Under the pieces are notes generated by a model. The model saw only the letters and a list, made by a program, of their open reading frames with translations, had not been told where the DNA came from and searched no databases. Positions 1-10,449 of a DNA stretch of 64,000 nucleotides are shown piece by piece (position 1 is the first letter of the stretch; each line of letters starts with the position of its first letter). This stretch comes from Promethearchaeota archaeon (GTDB taxonomy: Archaea > Asgardarchaeota > Heimdallarchaeia > Hodarchaeales > Hodarchaeaceae), in contig JBHLMN010000023.1 in the NCBI GenBank assembly GCA_048938105.1, forward strand, positions 1-64,000. The letters are read 5' to 3'. The position numbers were made by a program, and so were the translations under genes.

Positions 1-137
1 TTATTCCAAATATTCTCGATAGTGTATTCGACTGACACCCCCTTTGAAGCAGTAACTAAGAGAAGGGGGAGGATACCACCAAGACTCACAAGACAGAGAA
101 TTCCCCCCAAGATTAAAGCCCTACCCTGACTCTTCAG
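1..137 (-). CDS. 5' part of a putative exported/membrane protein running off the window (LKSQGRALILGGILCLVSLGGILPLLLVTAS...), probable CTG start
   Basis: Manual translation gives an open frame with a signal-peptide-like hydrophobic N-terminus. GGAGGT SD lies at 145-150, 7 nt before CTG. Not in the ORF track. Confidence 0.5.
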   Translation of the reverse strand, partial: MKSQGRALILGGILCLVSLGGILPLLLVTASKGVSVEYTIENIWN

Positions 138-240
138 TTGATATACCTCCTTACCTATTATAAACCAACCATCCTTATATAAAGATTTATTCGTAAATAC
201 AATGCTATTGGAGTCTTCTGGAAAAAATTATGCAAAAGTG

Positions 241-3200
241 TCATCCTCTAAATGACCAGGTCATTTCCTCTTCAACAATATAGATCCAATAAACGAACCA
301 TCCAGATTCTTTATAAAGGGAATGCCTTTCAGCATAATTCATAACACACCATATTGGAGCATCATCGTGGTCGTCAGCTCCAAAGTTGTGTGTAAGCTCA
401 TGTACTAAAGTTAGTTCCGCATACAATTGATCCCAGGATGCTTTGGCATTTACTTGTACTTGAGTGCCACTGATTATACCTAGTCCGCTGATATTAGCAA
501 TTCCTGTCCCTGATAAACCAACAAGAAGATCAAAACCATGATTGTTAACTGATGTGATATACCCTCCTGTTCCAGCTTGACTCCAGCTTCCAGAAAGTCC
601 AAGGTCGTCCTTTGCATGAAAATCTCTTAGATGATCCATCATCTGATGTATAGTATAATTTTCTGATGGATTCCAACCAGATCTGAATAAACAAACATAG
701 TCCACTTCCATCAATTCTTCGAGGCCATCATCACGTGTGTAAACAGTATAATTATTATCATTATTGACTTTTATTTTATGCGAAACAGCACTATAGAAAA
801 AATCACTGACTGAACTAATATAGGAAAGATCCGTAAATTCCGTGTCATAATAAACTACAGTAAAAACAAGACAACTATCAGGGTAGGTTGCACTATCTAC
901 ATCAAAAGTTTCATCATCCACATATGAATCAGTTGAGCCTTCAGCACACTTGGCATCTACCTGATCTATGATGTAATCACCTTCATTCCAAGCAAAATAC
1001 TTTCCACTATAATTGAAAAATTTGTTAAATGTCAGATAATGCCATTCTGTCTCTCCTGCGGGGAGTTCTCCATTCCAATCAAGATAATCACAGATATATT
1101 CAGCCCATGAATACGTACCGCCTTTTATCCTAATTCGCGTTTCAACATCGGTCGCAGTGGATGTTCCAATGTTCTCTATCGTAATTTTGAATTCTACAGG
1201 ATCCCCTTTTTTAGGATAATTTGTCACCGAAGTTGATTTAATGTTAAGCTCAGGATATTTCACTAACACCCCTACCCAGTCTATCAGGACTTTGTCAGCA
1301 CTACCTTGTGTATTCTTCCGGATGACCACTCGAAAATTGTTACTGTTAACTATAGTCGAATTCCATTCTGTTGCGTCTGAGAAATCAATCCAGTCTTCAT
1401 CCCAATTTTCCTGGAAAGCAGTTATGCTATTCGTCCAAGCAGAAGACCCACCAACCCAAGCTAATTTCATTCGAATTGTGTCGTCATCGACTGGTTTCCA
1501 ATGAATATAGACCCAAACTCCTTGAATCGTAACATCACTTGGCACATTCCAACCGAAATTCTTGTAACGCACATTATATCCGCTCACATGTCCCACGGCA
1601 TAATCCCCCCCTTTCGTATATGCCTCTGTTTCGGAAGACCAGGCTGAATTTGGATCTGAAAAGGAGGTGGGATCCTTGTAACCATAAGGTGGATTAGGCA
1701 TTGGGGGAATTTCTGGATTCAAGAAGAAATTGACCTCTTGATCTTCATTTGGAGTTATAACTTCACTTTGTTTCACATAATCCTGATGCCATACCCATAA
1801 ATCACAAAAATTATCTGATTTATCTACTGAAAAGGAGTAATAGCCTTGACTGTTAGTATTTGTACTAATGAGTAATGAACCATCATAATAAAGTTCAATA
1901 GTCGCTCCTTGGATCGGATCATTCTCTTGCCCACTTTCCTTGACATTCCCAGAAATTTCGACAATTTCTATTTTAGGTTCATAACTGAATGATAGCTTAG
2001 GATCATATGTTGTCCCTGACCCTGAATAAGAACTTTCACGAAAAGTGTAATAGTCACCATTCTCCGCACCATCATGATCTAAAACAAAACTGATGTATCC
2101 CTCATTATCTCCTCGATTGGCAGCCCAATAATCAGTTAAGGATTCCATTTTACTCGCAGACGCAGTTCTATACGCCCCTGACCCAATATTTCCAGAATAA
2201 ACTTTATCCGCTTCGGAATATGTGCCTAAACTATAACTAGTAGAATTCTCACGAGCAGTATTTGTATCACCGTTTCCTCCAATGTTATAGACCTTACAAT
2301 CCGCTCCTTCTGTTGAACTATCGAAACTTGAACTTGTACAATACATTTGGAATGAGACTGCAGATGTATCTGTAATAGATCCATTATCTAAGCCTGTATC
2401 AAATGCTATGAAGAGCGTTTGAATGTTCCCTGATTTGATCCCTACTTTAAAGGTTGTACTTGAAGTCACTGGCAGAAAGCTATCACGATATAAATCGTAA
2501 TTATCAATTGTATATATTGTACCAGTTGGAGGATCGATTTCTATCCTTGTTCCTGCAGAATAGTACCCAAGACCATACATTCCAGTACATAAAACTTTTT
2601 TAATAGTGTTATCAGGCATCCGTTGCTCATGAAACTTTAGATATTTTTTTGTAAATCCTGCTAATTCCATGTCGTCAAAGGCAAAACAAAATTGGACATC
2701 GTTTTCTGAGATGATGTCTACCTGTGAATGGAAATTAGCTAAATATTGTCCTGCTTGCCAAACTTCTTGAGCAGAGAGAACAATAGACTCAGTCTCATTT
2801 CTTATAACAAATTTCATAGGTTGAAAAGGAGTATTATCACTTTGAGGAGAACTAGTAATCTCATAGGCCAAACCAATATCCTCAAAATCCTGATCTAAAC
2901 ATTCGAATTCAGTGATCATATGAAATAACTGGTCTTCCATGCGATACTTAAAACCATGTTTAAAATTCCACGTTGTACCCTGAATAACTACGTCTGAAAG
3001 GGTAAAGAAAACCCCAAATTCGCTTTCCGAATTATAAAATTCCAGAGTATTGCGTGGATTTTGAGCTGTTCCTGAATACAGAGATCTATCATTGAGGATT
3101 TGGTCATACCAAATATCATTGGATTTCGCATACAAGTGAGGATAGATAGCATACAATGGTTGGTTATAGGCACTGATTTGGCTGTTTTGGAGGCGTGGCC

Positions 3201-3861
3201 AGTAGAGATATTGGGCATGGCCATTCACTAAATCTTGAAAGTTCAAATAGAATCCCATAACTCCACTAAAACTCTCGAAGCCAACGGCCCAGATTTTTGT
3301 TTTATTAATTTGGTGCAGACAAGTAGTAATTTCTGACGCTGTTTCAAAGAAGTATATCTCACCATTTCGTAAGCGGAGAAGAAATCTATGGGGATATTCC
3401 TCCGCAGTCACCCAATCTGTTTCCTCAAATACCCCTTCTTTCTGGACTAAATTATCTGATTGATAAGTATAGTTCCCAGTCGCTTTATTATAGAAGTGAC
3501 GATAAGTCCGCCCCCGAGAAGCCATTAATTCAAAGAAATCCTCAGAAAAATCCTCAAGAAAATAGCCCTCTGTTTTCCCTGTAGGATCACGAATATATGT
3601 CCTATTCACCTCTTCCAAAATTTTGGCCTTCTGGAAGGAGATTTTCTCTGAACTTACATTATTTGAGGCAAAAGAAGAAGATTCTGATGTGTTCTCGACA
3701 TCTAAGTTTTCCATATCATCAGTTATCCTATTTGAACCAAGAATGTCTACAAAAACTGGTTGAAAATCACTAATAGTCCTTATCATACCCATAGATGATG
3801 GAACTAAAGCTAAACAAAGCACAAAAACAAGAGATACAACAACTATTTGTTTCTTACTCAT
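241..3861 (-). CDS. Large secreted multidomain zinc metalloprotease (metzincin-like C-terminal domain; DNRLRE-like, carboxypeptidase-regulatory-like and CARDB/Ig-like modules)
   Basis: Signal peptide MSKKQIVVVSLVFVLCLAL (ATG 3861 after GGAG). HELTHNFGADDH zinc motif plus CVMNY Met-turn. ISGNVKES...PIQGATIELY...TNSQGYYSF and VEFKITIENIG are beta-sandwich signatures. Confidence 0.7.
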   Translation of the reverse strand: MSKKQIVVVSLVFVLCLALVPSSMGMIRTISDFQPVFVDILGSNRITDDMENLDVENTSESSSFASNNVSSEKISFQKAKILEEVNRTYIRDPTGKTEGYFLEDFSEDFFELMASRGRTYRHFYNKATGNYTYQSDNLVQKEGVFEETDWVTAEEYPHRFLLRLRNGEIYFFETASEITTCLHQINKTKIWAVGFESFSGVMGFYLNFQDLVNGHAQYLYWPRLQNSQISAYNQPLYAIYPHLYAKSNDIWYDQILNDRSLYSGTAQNPRNTLEFYNSESEFGVFFTLSDVVIQGTTWNFKHGFKYRMEDQLFHMITEFECLDQDFEDIGLAYEITSSPQSDNTPFQPMKFVIRNETESIVLSAQEVWQAGQYLANFHSQVDIISENDVQFCFAFDDMELAGFTKKYLKFHEQRMPDNTIKKVLCTGMYGLGYYSAGTRIEIDPPTGTIYTIDNYDLYRDSFLPVTSSTTFKVGIKSGNIQTLFIAFDTGLDNGSITDTSAVSFQMYCTSSSFDSSTEGADCKVYNIGGNGDTNTARENSTSYSLGTYSEADKVYSGNIGSGAYRTASASKMESLTDYWAANRGDNEGYISFVLDHDGAENGDYYTFRESSYSGSGTTYDPKLSFSYEPKIEIVEISGNVKESGQENDPIQGATIELYYDGSLLISTNTNSQGYYSFSVDKSDNFCDLWVWHQDYVKQSEVITPNEDQEVNFFLNPEIPPMPNPPYGYKDPTSFSDPNSAWSSETEAYTKGGDYAVGHVSGYNVRYKNFGWNVPSDVTIQGVWVYIHWKPVDDDTIRMKLAWVGGSSAWTNSITAFQENWDEDWIDFSDATEWNSTIVNSNNFRVVIRKNTQGSADKVLIDWVGVLVKYPELNIKSTSVTNYPKKGDPVEFKITIENIGTSTATDVETRIRIKGGTYSWAEYICDYLDWNGELPAGETEWHYLTFNKFFNYSGKYFAWNEGDYIIDQVDAKCAEGSTDSYVDDETFDVDSATYPDSCLVFTVVYYDTEFTDLSYISSVSDFFYSAVSHKIKVNNDNNYTVYTRDDGLEELMEVDYVCLFRSGWNPSENYTIHQMMDHLRDFHAKDDLGLSGSWSQAGTGGYITSVNNHGFDLLVGLSGTGIANISGLGIISGTQVQVNAKASWDQLYAELTLVHELTHNFGADDHDDAPIWCVMNYAERHSLYKESGWFVYWIYIVEEEMTWSFRG

Positions 3862-4515
3862 AATATCTCTCCAACTCCTGAATATGCATTTTAACAAAAC
3901 AACAACTTTTATATGAGTTTCAAATCTCTATTTCATATCAATTATCTAAATGAATAGGGAAGAAAAAAATGCAATTTTGTGCAAAAAAGTTGCAGCAAAA
4001 TCCGTTACACTTCTTTCCCTATTGGCTTAACAAACGAAAAAACCATTAGATTGAGTTTTAAAGGAATACTTAGATACTTAGACTGCATACCTGTAAGTTT
4101 GTTATAGAGAAATTGGGCAGTTACGAAAAATGACGGACTTTTACTAATAATTTTTTTAAGATATTAAATAATTCTCTTATTGAGTAAGTTTGAATGCTTA
4201 ATTTTATTTAATTACCACTAATACCGTAATTTCTATGTATTCCACAGAGTATCAATCTCATTTCTGCTACCTCTAACCAGTACTGATGGATTAGTCAATC
4301 TTGAATCTAATGGCTTTTTTGAGAAAATTCTTTCGATTTTCATTTTCTCCATTTTGACATATTTCTTACTACAGGTGAAAGCTCACAAGTTGATGTCATT
4401 TTTTTGAAAGAGTTTTTTTAGTCGGGGTATCTTTAAGCTCACATATATGTTTTTCAAATATTTAAGTTAGACATGGATATCAGGAGAGTAGAGTGAAAGT
4501 GTCAGAAGTGAGTTT

Positions 4516-4785
4516 ATGAATCACATCCCCTCATTTTCCATTCGAGAATTATTATTACAGGAATTACGAGTTCTCAAGACTAAATTAAAATCTAACACGA
4601 ATATAAAACGGGTACGTGTGCCTTTTTTTTGTCAACTTGACAATGAAGCACATCCAATAATAGAAAGTGCATATCAGTGTCATAGCTGTTCTCGTTACGT
4701 GTGTATTGGCTGTTATGAAAAACTTAAACTTGTACAACTCCTAAACTGTCCTTTTTGTGATGGAGAGTTATACAAGGCTCAATAA
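4516..4785 (+). CDS. Small RING-like zinc-finger protein
   Basis: C-x2-D-x12-C-x2-C-x4-C-x2-C-x11-CPFC pattern. Confidence 0.55.
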   Translation: MNHIPSFSIRELLLQELRVLKTKLKSNTNIKRVRVPFFCQLDNEAHPIIESAYQCHSCSRYVCIGCYEKLKLVQLLNCPFCDGELYKAQ

Positions 4786-4911
4786 TAAGATTCTCATGGA
4801 AAAATTGTGGTTCATAAGTAAGACCCAAAAAGGTTGAGAAAGGCCTTGTTAGAGAGAAAAACAGATTTAAAGCAGTAAAGCTAATTATGAGAGATCTTCT
4901 TTAAGAAGGAT

Positions 4912-5124
4912 TTGAAAATGAGTCGGGAATTTACTGATTGGGAAGTTCAAAAGGAACTTATTTGGAAGTTAGAAACATTAATGTCTGACAAAGAATACAA
5001 AGAAGCCAAGAAGAGGTTGATCAAGATGGGATATATCACACCAACAAGAAAAGGGGTTAAATTAACTGAAAAAGGTCTAATATACATCCAAAAGGAATTC
5101 GGAGTTGTACTTCAAGACATCTAA
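4912..5124 (+). CDS. Small winged-helix protein
   Basis: RLIKMGYITPTRKGVKLTEKG is a wHTH wing signature. Confidence 0.55.
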   Translation: MKMSREFTDWEVQKELIWKLETLMSDKEYKEAKKRLIKMGYITPTRKGVKLTEKGLIYIQKEFGVVLQDI

Positions 5125-5307
5125 TATCTTTAAATAATTTCTACAGCTAGATGTGGACTGTATCGTGTTCCGATATATTTTGAGCCACATTAAAATGAAA
5201 TACTAAGCAAAAAGTAATTTACCAAACCACCATGTATCAATATCATCCAAATGTCATCTAAACGTAAATATTCTTCCATTGAATACTAAATGGAGAAGTA
5301 ATCTGAA

Positions 5308-6717
5308 ATGGACCAAACAGGTCTTTTCATAATTATAATTGGTCTTTACATAGTCGGTATAATGTTTATATTCATTGTCGTAATAGACGTGTATTTACGT
5401 CAGAAAGAGCGAAAACACAAATATAAAGAATGGGATCAAACAAACCAAACTAAAGGGGAGTTCTTAAGGGAATATAAAAATTTTAATCAAAGTTTAGATA
5501 GTTTTGAAAGATCTATTGGAAGAAATCAAGAGAATTTTGATAAAATTGTTAATTCGATGATTGCTTCACTTCATAAGAATCTAGATGGGAAAATTGATCA
5601 TTTTGATGATTCTATTAAAACTTCTACTCAGGTGACACGAAACATCCTACAAAAAAACATTGAGGATTTTCAGCAATCAATTTCTAATATTGGAAATAGT
5701 TTTAATGACTCTATTCAACATTTTAAAAGAACTATAAACCATTCAGAAAGGATGGCGGATAATTTTCTTAATAAACTTAGTTATATTAAAAGTGAAATGT
5801 TTAAAAGTAAAGCACAGGGTGTTTTGGGCGAAGTACTAGTTAAGTCTTCTTTACGGATAATCCTAGGTGATTTCACCAAAGGGAAAATATGGTTTGATCC
5901 AAAAGAAAAGGCAGCTTATCTAAATCAATTCAGACAGGATTTAAAACACTGTGGTATTGAACCAGATTTTTTAATTCAAATTGCACGGGACAGTTGGATT
6001 ATCATCGATTCCAAGACTTACTTACCTGGAGAAAAGGCTTTAATACGAATAGATCAATTTGAAAAAGATAGCATTCTCAATAAGGATCAAATACAACAAG
6101 CACAAGAAGATATTAACAATTGGATAAGTCTTTTAGTGAAAAGTACAAGTAGAATGATTAAGAAGGGGTATTTAGATTCTTTTAAAGGTCCTAATTTCTT
6201 ATGGGTGGTCGCACCAGATAGGTTAGTTGAATACTATCTTCAAAAATATTCAACTATATACTTGGATGAGGGGATATTAAACAATGTAGTAATACCAATA
6301 AAAGATACAAGAGCCCAGTTAGTGTCATTCTCAAGTTTAACATGGATGTTGATCGAATTAAAATCTCGTGGATTTAAATCAATAGCTGACGCTGATTTTC
6401 ATAGTAATCCTGAATGGTACAAAAACTTAAAAGGTATTATTGATATTACCCAGGATGTTTTAGAGTATAATAAAGAAATGATGTCCAAAATTGTCAAAAC
6501 TCTTGATGTTCTTAAAGAATTTAAATCAGATCTTATTAATAATGAATTTTCAGAGAAACTAGGTGAACTTGAAGCCTTAACAGCAACTTTCGTTCAATAT
6601 TTTGAAGCTTTAGAGGATACTAGTTTTAATCCTAGAATAGCAGAATTTCAATTCATTCCTCCAAGAAAAACAAAGGGAATTCATGAAGCTCAGATCAACT
6701 TAGATTCCTTTTTCTAA
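5308..6717 (+). CDS. RmuC-like membrane-anchored coiled-coil PD-(D/E)xK nuclease
   Basis: N-terminal TM, long coiled coil, then QGVLGEVLV...EPDFLI...IIIDSK, matching the RmuC family pattern. Confidence 0.65.
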   Translation: MDQTGLFIIIIGLYIVGIMFIFIVVIDVYLRQKERKHKYKEWDQTNQTKGEFLREYKNFNQSLDSFERSIGRNQENFDKIVNSMIASLHKNLDGKIDHFDDSIKTSTQVTRNILQKNIEDFQQSISNIGNSFNDSIQHFKRTINHSERMADNFLNKLSYIKSEMFKSKAQGVLGEVLVKSSLRIILGDFTKGKIWFDPKEKAAYLNQFRQDLKHCGIEPDFLIQIARDSWIIIDSKTYLPGEKALIRIDQFEKDSILNKDQIQQAQEDINNWISLLVKSTSRMIKKGYLDSFKGPNFLWVVAPDRLVEYYLQKYSTIYLDEGILNNVVIPIKDTRAQLVSFSSLTWMLIELKSRGFKSIADADFHSNPEWYKNLKGIIDITQDVLEYNKEMMSKIVKTLDVLKEFKSDLINNEFSEKLGELEALTATFVQYFEALEDTSFNPRIAEFQFIPPRKTKGIHEAQINLDSFF

Positions 6718-6740
6718 TTGAGTTTTCACAGTTCAATAGA

Positions 6741-7664
6741 CTACATTTGCTTCCGAGTTGATTCAATCAATTTTGGAATATCCTCCTCTAGAATTTCTGA
6801 TTTATTAGGGACAATCATATACCCCTCATGAGGACGTTGAGGCAGGGAAATAAGTTTCATCAAAGAAAAGCCGTCAATATTAATCGTTCGCTTATTTTTC
6901 CTCATTTTTCTTTCTAGACAAAGATCTCGTAGGTGTGAGAACTTATTGAAGAAAGTGGAATACTGACAAATTTTTATTCCATTCGCATGGAATAGAATTT
7001 CAAGTTGGTCTAATTTATTCTGTAATCGGTCTTGGATGGTTTCAACTATTAAGATACGAGGAGAGAACAGAAATTCACCATATTCCTGAATGAGGTCTGT
7101 TTTTGAACGATTTACAATTCCTTTTTGTATATCAAATTGTACTGGCATTTTTCCAGGATTAATCTTTCTTTTTTTAGATTTTTCCTTCTTTGACGAAGGT
7201 AACGGGTTGAAAAGAAACTGAATAAAGGCAAAATGAGATTGGTCTGTTAATATTTCAAGCAAATCATCTGTAAAGCTTTCAGAAGGAATGGTGGGAAGAT
7301 CAGAATATTCTTTGATTCCCATCACACCACCAGAAAAATATGTAGGTCCATCTTCATTAAATTGGAAAGATTCGGTGAGGGAACTAAGAGCAGAATTGAT
7401 GTTTATTGCTTGGAATTGGTGGAAATCTCGGTGTAAACCCATTGCACTAATAAATTGCTGAAGTAGCGGGAATTCTTGTTTTTTTATTCTTTTACGGCTT
7501 TTTCTCTTTAGAATTAAGTACATATAAATGTGGACAGCCTTTGGATTAAGAATGACATATTCTAAGGAAAATCTCTCCTTTCGATCTTTAAGGATCTTAA
7601 TACACGATTTATCGCAATTTACAGGAACATGTTGAAAATAGAAACCTGGAACATATAGGCTCAA
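6741..7664 (-). CDS. Hypothetical soluble protein, last gene of a 5-gene operon
   Basis: 307-aa ORF, 19 nt from the upstream gene. Confidence 0.6.
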   Translation of the reverse strand: MSLYVPGFYFQHVPVNCDKSCIKILKDRKERFSLEYVILNPKAVHIYMYLILKRKSRKRIKKQEFPLLQQFISAMGLHRDFHQFQAININSALSSLTESFQFNEDGPTYFSGGVMGIKEYSDLPTIPSESFTDDLLEILTDQSHFAFIQFLFNPLPSSKKEKSKKRKINPGKMPVQFDIQKGIVNRSKTDLIQEYGEFLFSPRILIVETIQDRLQNKLDQLEILFHANGIKICQYSTFFNKFSHLRDLCLERKMRKNKRTINIDGFSLMKLISLPQRPHEGYMIVPNKSEILEEDIPKLIESTRKQM

Positions 7665-7683
7665 TAAAATTCACATCCAAATA

Positions 7684-8784
7684 TCATAGAGGAATTACGA
7701 CGTTTTCAAGGGCATAGATTAAAGTTATACTTATGAAGGGGTCAAATAATAAGAGGAATAAGAGAAGGTAATTCTGTATAAATGCTATATCAGATGGGTT
7801 ATACCTTTCATCTAAGATAGAAGGAGAAGATATGTGTTTCGTTTCTATGATGATATCTTGCTTAAGTCGATATCGAAATGCAGAAAGACCAATCAACATC
7901 CAGAACAAAGCGATTAGCATTCTGGTTGCTACACCAGCTCCTTCTTCTAGTGAAAAGAAAGTAGTAATTAAACTAATAATTGTGTTTAGTAATGGAATTG
8001 CAATACGACTACCACTAGGAAGAATCCAGAACGTTAGAATCATTTTATAAACAGTTCCATTCAAAAAAAGTAACACGCTAACCAAAATTGTAGATACTAC
8101 AGGTAAGACAAGCAATCCTAGTATAAAATTCAAAATTAAACTGTCTTTTGAACTAATATCAAGAATTAGGCCAGTCTCAGTGTCAGGTATTTTATAAATG
8201 TTCTTTCGGAGAAGAATATAAAGATCTAGGATGTAGAGTAATACAGAAATGACTATAAATAATAATTCAGCGATAATGCAGATAAATGTGATGATAAAAA
8301 TTGTTTTAATCAATAAATTTAACAATTCGACAATAATTAGTAAAATCGCATGAATAATTTCTCCTAGAAATAGAATTATTCCCCCAATAAATTCGGAGGC
8401 ATTGCCTTTACTCTTCTCAAAGGGGGAGGAGGACGCATTCTGAGGATTCTCCTCAATAGAGAGGACTTTAATGTTTGCTATATCATGTGCAAACACCCCT
8501 GAAAACTCAGAGAAGGCCATCATTAAACTGAATAATATATCTCCTATTATCAAAAAGAATATTGAGGTCAAGAAGCAAATAGAAAACGCTTTGATGCTGT
8601 TGAGATTTGACGAATTTTCGAATCCTGTATTTTTGTCTTTAAAACTTTCTTCATCAGTAAAGAGGGGGAACGAAATTGTCGTTTCTAGAAAATAAAAGAC
8701 GGTTTGGATCAAAAAAAGGATTACCTCAAGTATTTTCGCAAGAATTTGTCCAAATACGTTAGCAATTGCACCCAATACACCCAT
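7684..8784 (-). CDS. Multi-pass membrane protein
   Basis: 366 aa with many long hydrophobic segments. Confidence 0.7.
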   Translation of the reverse strand: MGVLGAIANVFGQILAKILEVILFLIQTVFYFLETTISFPLFTDEESFKDKNTGFENSSNLNSIKAFSICFLTSIFFLIIGDILFSLMMAFSEFSGVFAHDIANIKVLSIEENPQNASSSPFEKSKGNASEFIGGIILFLGEIIHAILLIIVELLNLLIKTIFIITFICIIAELLFIVISVLLYILDLYILLRKNIYKIPDTETGLILDISSKDSLILNFILGLLVLPVVSTILVSVLLFLNGTVYKMILTFWILPSGSRIAIPLLNTIISLITTFFSLEEGAGVATRMLIALFWMLIGLSAFRYRLKQDIIIETKHISSPSILDERYNPSDIAFIQNYLLLFLLLFDPFISITLIYALENVVIPL

Positions 8785-8812
8785 ATTTTGATCCTACTCT
8801 GATTTTATTTTC

Positions 8813-9652
8813 CTAAAAACTGGTACTTTCTATTAAATCCTCTATGATACCCTCAAGGGCAAAAAAAAGCAATTCAATGTTTGCAACCAAGAAATGAATG
8901 ATGAATACAAGAAGCGATGGGAAGAAAAGTAAAACGAAAAGAAAAACACCGATCTGCCCATAACTTTCACGCACACGTCCAGTCAGATCCGCTAACATTA
9001 ACGGGAATATCTTAAAGACATGTAGTACCCACCAAACTAAAAAAGCTATTGATAAACCAAGTACAATAATTATTACAATGAAAACGGCCGCAGTAATAGC
9101 ATTACCTTTAAGTCCGAATAGATAGAGTTGTAAATCATAATCCTCGGCATTAACGGTATAGCTAATTGTCTCAGAACGAGCTTCATTTCCCAGATTATCT
9201 CGAGCGAAAAATCGAAACAGAACTACAGTGTCACCCTCCATTCCTGGAATAGTAGCAGTATAAGTACCACTTGCTTCATCGGTGGAGAGTTTTATCCATT
9301 GTTCACCTGAATTAGTAGAATATTCACAAATAACAAAATTGATTCCCGATGCATTTTCATTCATACCCCCAACATCCTCAATAACACAGGAGACAGAGAC
9401 CGCTTCACCTTTATTGACGGCTTGTGGACTATAAGTAGGTTTTTCAAAGAGGGGTGGCAGTGTATCTTGGAGTATTGATGAGTTCAGCTGAATGACTGCA
9501 ATAGCAGTACTATTTAAATTGAAAAGAAAGACAACTAGAAAACAAATAACATAGATCTTTTTATTTCCATTCAGCTTTTCCATCTTCCTCTTGATTATTA
9601 GATTGATAGTTGTAGGGACAGTTGCCGGGACAATTAGTGATAGTTTGACCAT
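8813..9652 (-). CDS. Exported Ig/FN3-like domain protein with C-terminal TM helices (true start probably ATG 9583)
   Basis: Signal-like segment; DTLPP...VSVSCVIED...YTATIPG...FRFFARDNLGN beta-sandwich; two C-terminal hydrophobic helices. Confidence 0.65.
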   Translation of the reverse strand: MVKLSLIVPATVPTTINLIIKRKMEKLNGNKKIYVICFLVVFLFNLNSTAIAVIQLNSSILQDTLPPLFEKPTYSPQAVNKGEAVSVSCVIEDVGGMNENASGINFVICEYSTNSGEQWIKLSTDEASGTYTATIPGMEGDTVVLFRFFARDNLGNEARSETISYTVNAEDYDLQLYLFGLKGNAITAAVFIVIIIVLGLSIAFLVWWVLHVFKIFPLMLADLTGRVRESYGQIGVFLFVLLFFPSLLVFIIHFLVANIELLFFALEGIIEDLIESTSF

Positions 9653-9743
9653 AGTAAGAACAGTATCCTACACTTTCACTTGTTTGGTCTAATTTCAAAC
9701 AATCAGTGTATAATCTCCTTTTGGATTTCATTTGGGGTTCCAT
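9561..9743 (-). CDS. Small Cys-rich protein
   Basis: GGTGA SD before ATG; four Cys (DC..YC..NCPGNCP); operon spacing. Confidence 0.5.
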   Translation of the reverse strand: MEPQMKSKRRLYTDCLKLDQTSESVGYCSYYGQTITNCPGNCPYNYQSNNQEEDGKAEWK

Positions 9744-9762
9744 CTTTCACCACTTCTTTTAT

Positions 9763-10101
9763 TCAATCAATTCTTGCTTTTGTGAGTAAAATACAGGCTA
9801 TTGGTAGGAAAACCAGAGAGATGATTATTACCACTCCGCAATAGGTAGTTGAAGTGAGGTATTCGAACAAAAGGAAAGTTCTTTCGTATATTGTTAACTT
9901 TAACGTTGCTAAGTTCAGATAAATAAGAAGAAATCCTAATTCAATCAATAAAGACTGACCAAATAGAATCCCCCCCCAAACTATATCGTTATCCGTTTGG
10001 CCCGTCATGATGTTTGTGAGTTTTACAGCGATCATACACGAAACCACTGTAAATAATACACCTTCAGAAAGACCAAAAACAAGATCAAGAACTGTATCCA
10101 T
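9763..10101 (-). CDS. Small three-TM membrane protein, first gene of the operon
   Basis: 112 aa, hydrophobic; AGGTG SD. Confidence 0.65.
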   Translation of the reverse strand: MDTVLDLVFGLSEGVLFTVVSCMIAVKLTNIMTGQTDNDIVWGGILFGQSLLIELGFLLIYLNLATLKLTIYERTFLLFEYLTSTTYCGVVIIISLVFLPIACILLTKARID

Positions 10102-10449
10102 ATCTCACACCTATGACTCAATCTCACTATTGCAAATGTTGACAAAATGTTATCTATTGATGTATGATTTTATTAATCTGTAACATAACAGAGAAATAAG
10201 ATATTTAATCTCCTAAGTATTTGAAAAACTAGGGACTTATCTTAATAAAGAATTGAAAGGAGATACATGGAGATTTTAGAGTTATTGGACTTGATCTTTC
10301 TCCCTTCATGGATTATCACCCCATTCTAAATTTTTTTGCACCAATTTATTATTCTAATCCTTTTAAAAGTCATCTATGTAAACCACCGATAAATTCCTAA
10401 AAACTTGATATAATTTAGGAGTTTATAATTCAGTAGCACTAAGATTTCA

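Noticed and set aside
160-200. SLYKDGWF peptide echoing the protease C-terminus (SLYKESGWF)
   Set aside because: Short, lacks a start codon and coincides with a TATA-like TTTATATAA; probably chance.
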